36,060 nucleotides of DNA, from the NCBI RefSeq assembly GCF_001194135.2, contig NC_068985.1, positions 125,760,307 to 125,796,366 of the forward strand. Reading direction: 5' to 3'. Under the pieces are notes generated by a model. It was not told the DNA's origin. It made no database searches and worked only from the letters and a program-made list of their open reading frames with translations. Numbering within the stretch: the stretch's first letter is position 1; each line of letters opens with the position of its first letter. A program made the translations under genes and the position numbers. This DNA is from Octopus bimaculoides (Eukaryota). This document shows, piece by piece, positions 1 to 13,029 of the stretch.

Positions 1-775
1 ATATATATATATATATATATAAATATATATACACTCACACAAACACGTATATAAATATACTCATATTCTTGTATGCGCTTTATGTTTGTATTTAGATGTC
101 TGAGTGTGGGTTGTGTACGTTAAGCATGTATATGTTGCTCTTGCGTGGAATGTGTTCGTTTGTGTACATGACGCATTTATATGTACGACTATATGTAAAT
201 ACCTCATAAATGTGTAATTAGTATTTTCACATGCTTTGAAGTCATACGTTCAAAACCGTAAAACTCATATGATGATTCCTACTATACTTCAAAGAAGAAA
301 CTTTAACATGCTTAAGCACTCAATACATGCTCGCACGCATCCATAATTATGCATACAAACATCCAGACACACATACACACATACACACACATATATATTT
401 ATATATATACAAATACATACTAATTCGTGTATTCTAATACACAAACGCACCACTCGGTAATGTTATACATACCCGTGAGCATGGTATCGCGCAGATAGAA
501 ATGCCGGGGTGGTACACACACATACTCTCAAAGACATACCCTTCAAACTCATACATAGTTACGTACAAACGTATTCGAAACAATTAAATCATGCACACAC
601 ACACACACACGCACGCACACACACACACACACACACGCAAACGCACGCAGACACACACATATACTTTATCTATAAATAACTATATATGACACACACCTAC
701 ACATCATTAAGCACACACATACACACATACATACAAATCTATATACTTATATATATATATATATATATTTATGCA
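1..775. repeat. Compound (TA)n/(CA)n/(CATA)n microsatellite-rich tract
   Basis: Interrupted runs of atat, acac and catacata visible directly. Confidence 0.85.
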
Positions 776-1106
776 TGTATGTGTGAGCGCACGCGCGTTT
801 ATGTATTAGGCATTGAATAGTCGGCGCGCCGAAAAGTCGAATCTTGAAGTCCTCGTACTTTGTTTCGCGGCGACAGTACTGGAGCAAAACAGAATTACCG
901 TTTGCAGTTCGTAATCTTTAATGTTGCATATTTTTCTTCTTTTCTTTTCTTTTTTTCTTTTTTGTAACTATATAATACCAATGAGAAGTGACTTTTAGTT
1001 TGATGGGGTTTGGTGTGGTGTGCCCAAGGAGGTAGTTACAGTTAGCAAGTCCTCTATATATTTTCTACATGTATATGCGTATTATCTCCCGTAGCTAATG
1101 TAGTAA

Positions 1107-1178
<72 letters not shown>
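1107..1178. repeat. (ATT)n microsatellite
   Basis: Uninterrupted attattatt run. Confidence 0.95.
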
Positions 1179-1432
1179 TTATCTATTAAAGTTCTTTCTG
1201 TGGAAAAGGCAAAATCGAATACGCAGGACAAGAGAGTAGATAAAATCGGTGAAGAGGTCACACAGAGTGACGAATGAGCTTTGACAAATAACTAAAAACA
1301 ATAATAAAGCTAAAGGGAAGATCATTTAAATAGTGCGTGTGTTTAATCGGCAAAAGATGACAATCCCCAAGTATAACTATACATGCATACTTATACATAC
1401 ATACATTCGCACATATACATACATATATATGC

Positions 1433-1465
<33 letters not shown>

Positions 1466-2656
1466 NNNNNNNNNNNNNNNNNNNNNNNNNNNNNNNNNNN
1501 NNNNNNNNNNNNNNNNNNNNNNNNNNNNNNNNNNNNNNNNNNNNNNNNNNNNNNNNNNNNNNNNNNNNNNNNNNNNNNNNNNNNNNNNNNNNNNNNNNNN
1601 NNNNNNNNNNNNNNNNNNNNNNNNNNNNNNNNNNNNNNNNNNNNNNNNNNNNNNNNNNNNNNNNNNNNNNNNNNNNNNNNNNNNNNNNNNNNNNNNNNNN
1701 NNNNNNNNNNNNNNNNNNNNNNNNNNNNNNNNNNNNNNNNNNNNNNNNNNNNNNNNNNNNNNNNNNNNNNNNNNNNNNNNNNNNNNNNNNNNNNNNNNNN
1801 NNNNNNNNNNNNNNNNNNNNNNNNNNNNNNNNNNNNNNNNNNNNNNNNNNNNNNNNNNNNNNNNNNNNNNNNNNNNNNNNNNNNNNNNNNNNNNNNNNNN
1901 NNNNNNNNNNNNNNNNNNNNNNNNNNNNNNNNNNNNNNNNNNNNNNNNNNNNNNNNNNNNNNNNNNNNNNNNNNNNNNNNNNNNNNNNNNNNNNNNNNNN
2001 NNNNNNNNNNNNNNNNTATATATATATATATATATATCGCTTAGACATTGCGAGAATAATAGCCTAGTGTAGAAGTCAATATACGTATGTTTCAGAAAAA
2101 AAAGGTTTAAATGAATATAGAATGGTAATAAGAAAAAGGTGACACACGGTAAATACTAGTTATGTTATTCATATTCGAAGCTCCAATGAACGTATAGTAT
2201 GTCATTCATGATCTCAACTAAGAGTCCACTGCATCTTAGTCCATAGCATATCCATTGTTTTATCGTGTGTTATCCTTTTTTCCTATGTATATATAACTTT
2301 AAAAAAAAGAACGGAGAAAAGGAGAGAGCAGGAAAAGACAACACGAGGATGTGGTACATGCAAGTAATAGTAAGACGCTCAAAGAAGGAAAGAAAGTATG
2401 GTTGTTTTACGTTTCGAGCAAAGTTCTTCGGAAACAGGAGACATGGGAATGTTCAAAAGAAAAGGAAGGAGGAGGGAAAAAATCGCCAATAGTCCACTGC
2501 ATACATACATACATACATACATACATACATACACACACGCAATCTGCTGCAACCCCCCTGTCAGAAGCAACTGGAAATAATGTTCCTATTGCTTACAGAT
2601 TCCAATGTTCTTGTTCGTGATTAAGCCAGACATGCAGAGAAACAGACATATAGACT

Positions 2657-2682
2657 AATAGAATAGAATAGAATAGAATAGA

Positions 2683-2719
<37 letters not shown>

Positions 2720-2799
2720 CATTTGAAGAAATTCCCTGGCTGTCGAACAGTCAAGCAGAAAGTCTAGACAGATAAATTGATAGACTGACGGACAGCAGG

Positions 2800-2851
<52 letters not shown>

Positions 2852-2900
2852 ACTGGCGGACATGACAGACAGACAGACAGACATGCAGAAACTAAGCAAG
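2657..2900. repeat. Adjacent (AATAG)n, (GATA)n and (GACA)n microsatellites
   Basis: Direct reading of tandem units. Confidence 0.9.
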
Positions 2901-3133
2901 TCAGACTGAGAGACAAAACACAGACAGGACACACAGATACATATACCCTTTATTTTCTTTTTCAGCCCTTATGTTTTGAAATAATAAATAACCTATAGAC
3001 AACATCTAGAATATTCTACCACAGCTGGAGGCCGCCTTCAATTACTTAAACCCCAGAATGTGAAGATGTATGTATGTATGTGTGTACATATAAATGTGCA
3101 CATGTGTATGTATACATGTATAGATACATTTGC

Positions 3134-3174
<41 letters not shown>

Positions 3175-4043
3175 NNNNNNNNNNNNNNNNNNNNNNNNNN
3201 NNNNNNNNNNNNNNNNNNNNNNNNNNNNNNNNNNNNNNNNNNNNNNNNNNNNNNNNNNNNNNNNNNNNNNNNNNNNNNNNNNNNNNNNNNNNNNNNNNNN
3301 NNNNNNNNNNNNNNNNNNNNNNNNNNNNNNNNNNNNNNNNNNNNNNNNNNNNNNNNNNNNNNNNNNNNNNNNNNNNNNNNNNNNNNNNNNNNNNNNNNNN
3401 NNNNNNNNNNNNNNNNNNNNNNNNNNNNNNNNNNNNNNNNNNNNNNNNNNNNNNNNNNNNNNNNNNNNNNNNNNNNNNNNNNNNNNNNNNNNNNNNNNNN
3501 NNNNNNNNNNNNNNNNNNNNNNNNNNNNNNNNNNNNNNNNNNNNNNNNNNNNNNNNNNNNNNNNNNNNNNNNNNNNNNNNNNNNNNNNNNNNNNNNNNNN
3601 NNNNNNNNNNNNNNNNNNNNNNNNNNNNNNNNNNNNNNNNNNNNNNNNNNNNNNNNNNNNNNNNNNNNNNNNNNNNNNNNNNNNNNNNNNNNNNNNNNNN
3701 NNNNNNNNNNNNNNNNNNNNNNNNNNNNNNNNNNNNNNNNNNNNNNNNNNNNNNNNNNNNNNNNNNNNNNNNNNNNNNNNNNNNNNNNNNNNNNNNNNNN
3801 NNNNNNNNNNNNNNNNNNNNNNNNNNNNNNNNNNNNNNNNNNNNNNNNNNNNNNNNNNNNNNNNNNNNNNNNNNNNNNNNNNNNNNNNNNNNNNNNNNNN
3901 NNNNNNNNNNNNNNNNNNNNNNNNNNNNNNNNNNNNNNNNNNNNNNNNNNNNNNNNNNNNNNNNNNNNNNNNNNNNNNNNNNNNNNNNNNNNNNNNNNNN
4001 NNNNNNNNNNNNNNNNNNNNNNNNNNNNNNNNNNNNNNNNNNN

Positions 4044-4652
4044 TTCTTCTTCTTCTTCTTCTTCATCTCCTCCTCCTCCTCTTCCTTCTTCATCTTCTTC
4101 TTCATCTCCTCCTCCTCCCTTCTTCATCTTCTTCTTCATCTCCTCCTCCTCCTCTTCCTTCTTCTTCATTTTCTTCATTTTCTTCTTCTTCATCTCCTCC
4201 TCCTCCTCCTCTTCCTTCTTCTTCATCTTCTTCATTTTCTTCTTCTTCTTCTTCTTCTTCTTCTTCTTCTTCATCTCCTCCTCCTCCTCTTCCTTCTTCA
4301 TCTTCTTCATTTTCTTCTTCTTCATCTCCTCCTCCTCCTCCTCTTCCTTCTTCTCCTTCTTCTTCTTCTCCTTCCTTCTTCATCTTCTTCATCTTCTTCT
4401 TCTTCATCTTCTAGTCCTCCTCCTCTTCCTTCTTCATCTTCTTCTTCTTCATCTTCTAGTCCTCCTCCTCTTCCTTCTTCTTCTTCTTCATCTCCTCCTC
4501 CTCCTCCTCCTCCTCCTCCTCCTTCTTCTTTTTCTTCTTCTTCTTCTTCTTCTTCTTCTTCTTCTTCTTCTTCTTCTTCTTCTTCTTCTTCTTCTTCTTC
4601 TTCTTCTTCTTCTTCTTCTTCTTCTTCTTCTTCTTCTTCTTCTTCTTCTTTC
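4044..4652. repeat. Polypyrimidine (TTC)n/(CTC)n compound repeat with a higher-order ~30-40 bp unit
   Basis: Blocks like cttcttcatctcctcctcctcctcttccttctt recur several times, then a pure (TTC)n run follows. This tract generates the poly-S/K/E pseudo-ORFs. Confidence 0.9.
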
Positions 4653-4924
4653 TGTTGTCGTCGTCGATGTGACTGTTGGCTATTTTGTTATAAAGTGGGC
4701 TGAGTAATGTGTCGGGTTCGGAATACATTCCACAAAGACCTAGAAAATGGCGATGTTGATGATTCTGACAACAAGTTAGAGAAGAAGGGTAAAGACGATG
4801 ATTATAACTGACGACGATGATGACAACTGAAACAAGTAAATGATAAAATATATAGGTGTATATATTCATATATATATACTTGCATAGCAAGTGACCTGAT
4901 CTGAGATCGTGTGCTGGAATGAAA

Positions 4925-4994
4925 ACAATTGCAGCGTGGAAGGTGTTTATAAGCCATTTAAATGGCTTATAAACACCTTCCACGCTGCAATTGT
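4925..4994. repeat. Perfect 70-bp spacerless palindrome, possibly an inverted junction of a Penelope-like terminal repeat (element about 4878-4994)
   Basis: acaattgcagcgtggaaggtgtttataagccattt|aaatggcttataaacaccttccacgctgcaattgt checked base by base, centre at 4959/4960. The Penelope assignment is inference. Confidence 0.9.
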
Positions 4995-5160
4995 CTATAT
5001 ATANNNNNNNNNNNNNNNNNNNNNNNNNNNNNNNNNNNNNNNNNNNNNNNNNNNNNNNNNNNNNNNNNNNNNNNNNNNNNNNNNNNNNNNNNNNNNNNNN
5101 NNNNNNNNNNNNNNNNNNNNNNNNNNNNNNNNNNNNNNNNNNNNNTATATATATATATAT

Positions 5161-5745
5161 ATTGGCTCAGGCAATGTCTTACTTAAAAGCACCAATTGAT
5201 AGGATCTGCTAGGTCATTTCTAAATCAAGTTTTGTGGTATCATGGGCTATTCAAATAGGGAGTTCTTGTTGACTAGGACGTATCCAGGTGTAGGTAGTTT
5301 ATCTAGTATCCTTTGAAAGAATTTGTCCAGGTTCCATGCTGAAGGTGATGGGGTCTTTTTCTTGTTAATTTGTTTTGGGATAATGTTAAACAGAGCAGGG
5401 CATATTGAGGAAAAGAAATTGTGTTTCAGTGAAATCATGTGATGTATGCCTAAAATGTGTAAGGATGCGTATGGCACGTGGCCCTAAGACTCTAGATTTT
5501 GGTGTATCCTGAATCTAAAGTTAAGCTCGTTTGGGCAATAATGGTGGAATACTGGAGAGAATAAACATTGAAGTCTCCCTTATTTTTATAGAGACCGTTC
5601 TCTGAGATGGCTCAGTTCTGGTAACGTTTTCTTTAGTGTAGAGAAACCACAGAACGCAGCTGTATTCTAGTTGTGGCCGTAGAAAGAAGAAGGCAGGCTT
5701 GACCGGAAAGGTCAGAGGATCGAGGAGCTCATCCGGCCAGCCATA
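5161..5745 (-). mobile_element. CR1-clade LINE, decayed 3' end of ORF2 plus 3' UTR
   Basis: Minus-strand translation gives FLRPQLEYSCVLWFLYTKENVTRTEPSQR (CR1-type RPHLEY..W motif). Further on it reads HNFFSSICPALFNIIPKQI...LDKFFQRILDKLPTPGYVLVNKNSLFE, a typical distal ORF2 tail, and ends at an (AT)n run. Confidence 0.75.
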
Positions 5746-5778
5746 TCGACTTTATTATATATATCATGAGGGTTCGGA

Positions 5779-5955
5779 AATTTCTTGCTGAACAAACACA
5801 CAGATGATTTGTTAATAATGATCAAATGTTTGTGTACACATAATCTCGCTCCATCCATCCATCAAATCGACATTACCTGTACAGGTGCACAGTGTGCCAC
5901 ATGTCAGATGACGAAATGATCACAGAGCAGCGTGAAATGAAATGCTTTACTCAAG
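5779..5955 (-). mobile_element. SINE body fragment, same family as 31111-31366 (head type H2, body X)
   Basis: The reverse complement shares cttgag, tgtggcacac, tcgatttgatg, cacaaacattt.atca and ttgttc.gcaag.aatt, in the same order, with 31207-31366. Confidence 0.7.
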
Positions 5956-5996
5956 TCAATATCCGGAATGTTCCAGCAGCTTCACGCTTATATATA

Positions 5997-6066
<70 letters not shown>

Positions 6067-6419
6067 GCTGTTTGTTGACAACTTTTTCCGCCTTGTAAGG
6101 GTAATTAATATTGTCCAGTTTTTCTGCGATACTGCGTTCGAAAATATCACCTTCTAGTCTGTATCGTAAGATACACATTCGTTTTTATATATATTTATAT
6201 ATAAGTAATTTAACATAAAAGTGAAGGATTGCTCAATACTTTTTAGCAGAGTAAATATTTACGAACATTTACATAGGAAAGGTTGACAGTCACTTTAATG
6301 TTTCGACCAGCACACCTTCATGAGACAATATGATGAAAGTGAGCAAGCCAAAGCACTGAAACCATTGTCAAATTATATTTATTTCATGTGTGCTTCAGTA
6401 TGTGCGTGTGTGAATATGA

Positions 6420-6451
<32 letters not shown>

Positions 6452-7126
6452 GTATGTTTTGCGGGAATATATGTATTATATATGTATGTCGATAACCAAT
6501 ATATATANNNNNNNNNNNNNNNNNNNNNNNNNNNNNNNNNNNNNNNNNNNNNNNNNNNNNNNNNNNNNNNNNNNNNNNNNNNNNNNNNNNNNNNNNNNNN
6601 NNNNNNNNNNNNNNNNNNNNNNNNNNNNNNNNNNNNNNNNNNNNNNNNNNNNNNNNNNNNNNNNNNNNNNNNNNNNNNNNNNNNNNNNNNNNNNNNNNNN
6701 NNNNNNNNNNNNNNNNNNNNNNNNNNNNNNNNNNNNNNNNNNNNNNNNNNNNNNNNNNNNNNNNNNNNNNNNNNNNNNNNNNNNNNNNNNNNNNNNNNNN
6801 NNNNNNNNNNNNNNNNNNNNNNNNNNNNNNNNNNNNNNNNNNNNNNNNNNNNNNNNNNNNNNNNNNNNNNNNNNNNNNNNNNNNNNNNNNNNNNNNNNNN
6901 NNNNNNNNNNNNNNNNNNNNNNNNNNNNNNNNNNNNNNNNNNNNNNNNNNNNNNNNNNNNNNNNNNNNNNNNNNNNNNNNNNNNNNNNNNNNNNNNNNNN
7001 NNNNNNNNNNNNNNNNNNNNNNNNNNNNNNNNNNNNNNNNNNNNNNNNNNNNNNNNNNNNNNNNNNNNNNNNNNNNNNNNNNNNNNNNNNNNNNNNNNNT
7101 ATATATATATACATATTTATATATAC

Positions 7127-7159
<33 letters not shown>

Positions 7160-7187
7160 CATATATATATACATATATATATACATT

Positions 7188-7232
<45 letters not shown>

Positions 7233-7280
7233 CTATGTATGTATGTATGTATGTATGTATGTATATGTATATACATACAT

Positions 7281-7434
7281 ACGACGGGCTTCTTTCAGTT
7301 TCCGTCTACCAAATCAACTCACAAGGCTCACAATTCACGAGGTAATAGTAGACGACACTTGCTCAAAGTGCCACGTAGTGGGGCTGAACCTGGAACCATG
7401 TGGTCGGTAAGCAAACTTCATACCACACAGCCAC
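7281..7434 (-). mobile_element. tRNA-derived SINE family B, 5' half
   Basis: Aligns with 17105-17256 (ttctttcagtttccgtctaccaaat...gaacc...accatgtggt...accacacagcc). Confidence 0.85.
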
Positions 7435-8021
7435 ACACATTTTAGGTCTGTGACAGTTTACACATGGCTGCGCGACTTGGGAAACCTGTAGTTTCTAACC
7501 GCCTTTGTTTTCGCCGAATCCTTTGAATCCATCCCTTTGGATTTTCTCATAACCTCTGGAATTCATAATCGAATCTGAATTTATTCTCTTTAACACACAT
7601 TTGATAGTAGCGATGATATTACAAGTAGTTACAGTAGCGAGAGTATGGAATCAGGTTTGAAGACTGGTGGGGTTTGAGCGGTGATGATAGTTGATATGTC
7701 GATAGTGGAAATCGTATCAGTACTGGCAGAGGTGTGATGGTGTTGGTGGTAGTGGAGGTTATAGTATTGATGGTGACGGTAGTGATAGTTATTAGTGGTG
7801 GTGGNNNNNNNNNNNNNNNNNNNNNNNNNNNNNNNNNNNNNNNNNNNNNNNNNNNNNNNNNNNNNNNNNNNNNNNNNNNNNNNNNNNNNNNNNNNNNNNN
7901 NNNNNNNNNNNNNNNNNNNNNNNNNNNNNNNNNNNNNNNNNNNNNNNNNNNNNNNNNNNNNNNNNNNNNNNNNNNNNNNNNNNNNNNNNNNNNNNNNNNN
8001 NNNNNNNNNNNNNNNNNNNNN

Positions 8022-8063
<42 letters not shown>

Positions 8064-8955
8064 CCACACACATGTATAGTTGTATATGCTTTCAAACATT
8101 TGCATACATAAATAAACATACACACACACGCACCCACACACATATGTGTGTGTGTGTGGGTGCGTGTGTACATAGAAAGAAAGCAAACAACTACGTAGGA
8201 GCTAGAAACAGGTTGTTGAGCTTATTTGTATGCGTGCAAGTGTGCGTGTTGAGTGTGCATCTTAGTGTGTACGCGTGTGTGCCAATATGTTTATGAGTGT
8301 GATTATGTATGTATATATATATATCTGTATTTGTGAGTGTCTGCATATGTATGTGTGTGTGTGTGTGTGTGTATACTTTATACAAAACTTCAAAGAATTA
8401 CCAGTTCTGTTTACTCATGATTAACAAGTTGAGTTTATTAGCCAAGCAACTAAATACTATTTATATTTAGGGTTAGCCTGTTTTCCTTCAATTCTTCTTC
8501 CTCGTATATTTTTTTCTTTATTTTAATTTATTCTTTTAATCTTAATACGGTTTTATGCCTTTCAATTTGTTTCTTTTATATATTCATTTCCCGAAATATT
8601 TGATGTATTATTTCCCCCTTGTGCTTCGTCATTTTGATTTATCTTATCTTATTTTCTTCAAATATCGACATAGTATTTTCGTATTCGACGGTGCATTCAA
8701 TAGACTGTGGCTTTACAGAGACAGATGAAAGAAGAGATAGAATATAAAAATGAAGGAGCATGGAATAAAGCAAAAGAAAAGAAGTTTCAAAATGTCAAGA
8801 AAGAAAACATTGAATGAAATCTGTGTTGACAAGTGACGTTGTCAATTGTCGCATGGGCACGTGAATTAATAAATTCCATCGTATTTATATGTTCCGGGCG
8901 TTTCGGATGAGATGCTTTTGTATTTTTCTACGGATGAACATTTTCTATGCATGCG

Positions 8956-9062
<107 letters not shown>

Positions 9063-9113
9063 GTGTGTGTGTGTATCTGCATATATGTATGTATAATCTG
9101 TATATAATATTTA

Positions 9114-9180
<67 letters not shown>

Positions 9181-9234
9181 NNNNNNNNNNNNNNNNNNNN
9201 NNNNNNNNNNNNNNNNNNNNNNNNNNNNNNNNNN

Positions 9235-9266
<32 letters not shown>

Positions 9267-9272
<6 letters not shown>

Positions 9273-9467
9273 GTCATCCCATAGATAATGCGGTCTTTTC
9301 AATGCATGAAGTAAATGCCGGAGAGGGACGGGATAAACTACCTACATCAACTTGCTATAAAATCAGGTACTAATTTTACCTTGTACTTATTCTTAGTGTA
9401 TGTTTTAAAGAGTGAGATTCAGTTTTAACAGTTATTTTTCAAAGCTCTAATGGAAGTGACAAAGCAG
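9267..9467 (+). mobile_element. Mariner-type transposon 5' end (TIR, leader and first codons), truncated
   Basis: Starts at a TA inside a (TA)n run with tattgggtcatcccatagataatgcgg, resembling the TATTGGGTTG-type mariner TIR. ATG GAA GTG ACA AAG (MEVTK) lies at 9450, at the usual ~180 bp distance, and similarity then stops. Confidence 0.5.
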
Positions 9468-9587
9468 TACTGGAAGCAGTACCGAAAGGAGACCGAAAAG
9501 CATTGAAAGGAAGTGCTCCAGTCAGGCCCCAGCCTCTGGCTGAAACCATTTACTTTAGTTATGTATGTATGAATGTATGCACATACG

Positions 9588-9626
<39 letters not shown>

Positions 9627-9807
9627 GTATGTGTGGTTGTGTATGTATGTGTTTGTGTGTGTGTATAAGAAGTTGAGCTTAGGTACTACGCATTAGCTAT
9701 ATTTCAATCCCTATCAGTAAACCATTGTCTCTGAATTGTTTCAAATACCAAATTTCAAATGGCTTGCATTTTATACGCTGTATCTACGAATCAGTTGCTA
9801 TCAAGTC

Positions 9808-10154
9808 TGTCGTATCATATATAAAAAGTGACGCTCCAAAGACAACGCCCCCGCTCATAGATAAAACATTTTTAAAAATTACTAAACAAAATAAAAGTAA
9901 AGATATGAAATTTAGATTAGAGATGCCTTGCTTAATAACCCTGAAATGACACTGTGCAAAAGAATCAGATATACGAAAACGAAACGAAACATAAACGAAA
10001 GAAGGATTTTTTTTTACATATTATCAATGAAGCTTTCAGTAAAATGAAGGCGCCTGAAATACAACAACGGCAAAAAGAAATAATTTTTAAAAATGTTTTA
10101 TCTATGAGCGGGGGCGTTGTCTTTGGAGCGTCACTTTTTATATATGATACGACA
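9808..10154. repeat. 74-bp perfect inverted repeat (9808-9881 / 10081-10154) around a 199-bp spacer
   Basis: Arms checked as identical reverse complements. The right arm runs directly into the N-gap at 10155. Confidence 0.9.
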
Positions 10155-11125
10155 NNNNNNNNNNNNNNNNNNNNNNNNNNNNNNNNNNNNNNNNNNNNNN
10201 NNNNNNNNNNNNNNNNNNNNNNNNNNNNNNNNNNNNNNNNNNNNNNNNNNNNNNNNNNNNNNNNNNNNNNNNNNNNNNNNNNNNNNNNNNNNNNNNNNNN
10301 NNNNNNNNNNNNNNNNNNNNNNNNNNNNNNNNNNNNNNNNNNNNNNNNNNNNNNNNNNNNNNNNNNNNNNNNNNNNNNNNNNNNNNNNNNNNNNNNNNNN
10401 NNNNNNNNNNNNNNNNNNNNNNNNNNNNNNNNNNNNNNNNNNNNNNNNNNNNNNNNNNNNNNNNNNNNNNNNNNNNNNNNNNNNNNNNNNNNNNNNNNNN
10501 NNNNNNNNNNNNNNNNNNNNNNNNNNNNNNNNNNNNNNNNNNNNNNNNNNNNNNNNNNNNNNNNNNNNNNNNNNNNNNNNNNNNNNNNNNNNNNNNNNNN
10601 NNNNNNNNNNNNNNNNNNNNNNNNNNNNNNNNNNNNNNNNNNNNNNNNNNNNNNNNNNNNNNNNNNNNNNNNNNNNNNNNNNNNNNNNNNNNNNNNNNNN
10701 NNNNNNNNNNNNNNNNNNNNNNNNNNNNNNNNNNNNNNNNNNNNNNNNNNNNNNNNNNNNNNNNNNNNNNNNNNNNNNNNNNNNNNNNNNNNNNNNNNNN
10801 NNNNNNNNNNNNNNNNNNNNNNNNNNNNNNNNNNNNNNNNNNNNNNNNNNNNNNNNNNNNNNNNNNNNNNNNNNNNNNNNNNNNNNNNNNNNNNNNNNNN
10901 NNNNNNNNNNNNNNNNNNNNNNNNNNNNNNNNNNNNNNNNNNNNNNNNNNNNNNNNNNNNNNNNNNNNNNNNNNNNNNNNNNNNNNNNNNNNNNNNNNNN
11001 NNNNNNNNNNNNNNNNNNNNNNNNNNNNNNNNNNNNNNNNNNNNNNNNNNNNNNNNNNNNNNNNNNNNNNNNNNNNNNNNNNNCCCATCTATCGCTTTCT
11101 TTCTCTATATAAGTGTGTGTGCGTG

Positions 11126-11158
<33 letters not shown>

Positions 11159-11314
11159 GGGGGGAATAGATAGATAGATAGACATACAGACAGACAGACA
11201 GAGAGATATAGGAGGGCTTCACACAGTTTTCGCCTACTATTCATCTCAATGTATTGTTCCTCCAGGGACTAATTTAGTACACACTGGGCGAAGTTACGCC
11301 TAAAAAAATAAACG

Positions 11315-11385
11315 TTTCCATAGCAGGAATCGAATTCGGGCCGCCTGGATGAAAGCCAAGCATCCTAACCGTTTTCTGCACAGGT
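11315..11385 (-). pseudogene. tRNA-Glu(TTC)-derived pseudogene or SINE head
   Basis: Minus strand reads ggttaggatgcttggctTTCatccaggcggcccgaattcgattcctgctatggaaac, matching the metazoan tRNA-Glu(TTC) pattern. The anticodon stem is cttgg/ccagg and the anticodon is at 11351-11353. The 5' acceptor/D region and the T-stem are degraded. Confidence 0.7.
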
Positions 11386-11424
11386 TTTTTTTTACTAAAT
11401 TTCTCTTACAATAATATTAGACAA

Positions 11425-11520
11425 CCCGAAGCTATGATAGAAGACACGTGATTGAGGTGCCATGCTGTGTGATCAAGCGGGGAGCCAAGTGGTTGCGAGG
11501 CAGACTTTCTTTTCACAGAA
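11425..11520 (-). mobile_element. Old diverged SINE family B 5' fragment
   Basis: cccgaagctatgatagaagacacg...aggtgcca...gtggttg resembles cccgaggctgtagtagaagacac...aaggtg...gtggtt at 17159-17228. Confidence 0.55.
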
Positions 11521-11932
11521 ACATAACAGCACTATTTCGGTCTGGTATAGTTATATTTTTCTCAGAAATCATTCTAGGAATCAAAAAAGATAAATAAAAT
11601 AAAATAAAATAAAATTCAAACTTATTTCTTCCTTCGCTCTATGAAATCACTAAATGATATCAGTTAAAGAAAGGGGAGGGCAAGAAAACAGATAATTAAT
11701 CTTATTTTCGGTAAGTTTCTGCCTGAAAATTGGCACCAGTCTTTCAGCATGTCCACGTCTATCCCTCTACGTATGTTACACCGAAGCAACATTCAGCTGT
11801 GTGTGAAAAATTATGTAGTGACGTGAAACAGAAGGGTAAAGGAAGAAAACAGTAAGGTCGAGCACCCGATGCCGAACATTTTTTCTTATTAACTAACGGA
11901 ACAACAGAAATGTTGGTGGCGGCGATACTGCT

Positions 11933-11994
<62 letters not shown>

Positions 11995-12001
11995 TATTAC
12001 T

Positions 12002-12243
<242 letters not shown>

Positions 12244-12365
12244 TCATTATAGATAATATAGGACTGCTATGACTCCTCTGGAGGGAATATGTAAATAAAG
12301 AAGAGTTCCATAATTAATTTGCTGAACAATATTTCAGTATCTCGTGTACCTTCAACGGGTTCGAA

Positions 12366-12474
<109 letters not shown>

Positions 12475-12787
12475 NNNNNNNNNNNNNNNNNNNNNNNNNN
12501 NNNNNNNNNNNNNNNNNNNNNNNNNNNNNNNNNNNNNNNNNNNNNNNNNNNNNNNNNNNNNNNNNNNNNNNNNNNNNNNNNNNNNNNNNNNNNNNNNNNN
12601 NNNNNNNNNNNNNNNNNNNNNNNNNNNNNNNNNNNNNNNNNNNNNNNNNNNNNNNNNNNNNNNNNNNNNNNNNNNNNNNNNNNNNNNNNNNNNNNNNNNN
12701 NNNNNNNNNNNNNNNNNNNNNNNNNNNNNNNNNNNNNNNNNNNNNNNNNNNNNNNNNNNNNNNNNNNNNNNNNNNNNNNNNNNNNNN

Positions 12788-12936
12788 TTTCACCGAAGTC
12801 GACTTTGCCTTTCATTCTTTCGGAGTGGATTTAAGTACCAGTGAAGCACTGGTGTCGATATAATTGACTAGTTCTCCCCCCACCCCCAAATGTCAGGCCT
12901 TGCGCCTTAGTAGAAAGGATTATTATTATTATTATT
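12788..12936 (+). mobile_element. SINE family C, 3' part with (ATT)n tail (second copy)
   Basis: Collinear with 12010-12150 and ends in the same agaaaggattattatt tail. Confidence 0.75.
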
Positions 12937-12968
12937 GTTGATATTAGCCCTTGTGGCCAATAAAACGA

Positions 12969-13029
<61 letters not shown>

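Noticed and set aside
821-832. 12-bp CpG-rich palindrome tcggcgcgccga
   Set aside because: It is too short to interpret, with no partner terminus or coding context found.
11748-11835. Candidate plus-strand internal exon (tctttcag...gaagg|gtaaag, HVHVYPSTYVTPKQHSAVCEKLCSDVKQK)
   Set aside because: Splice-like ends and an open frame exist, but the peptide is unrecognisable and no partner exons support it.
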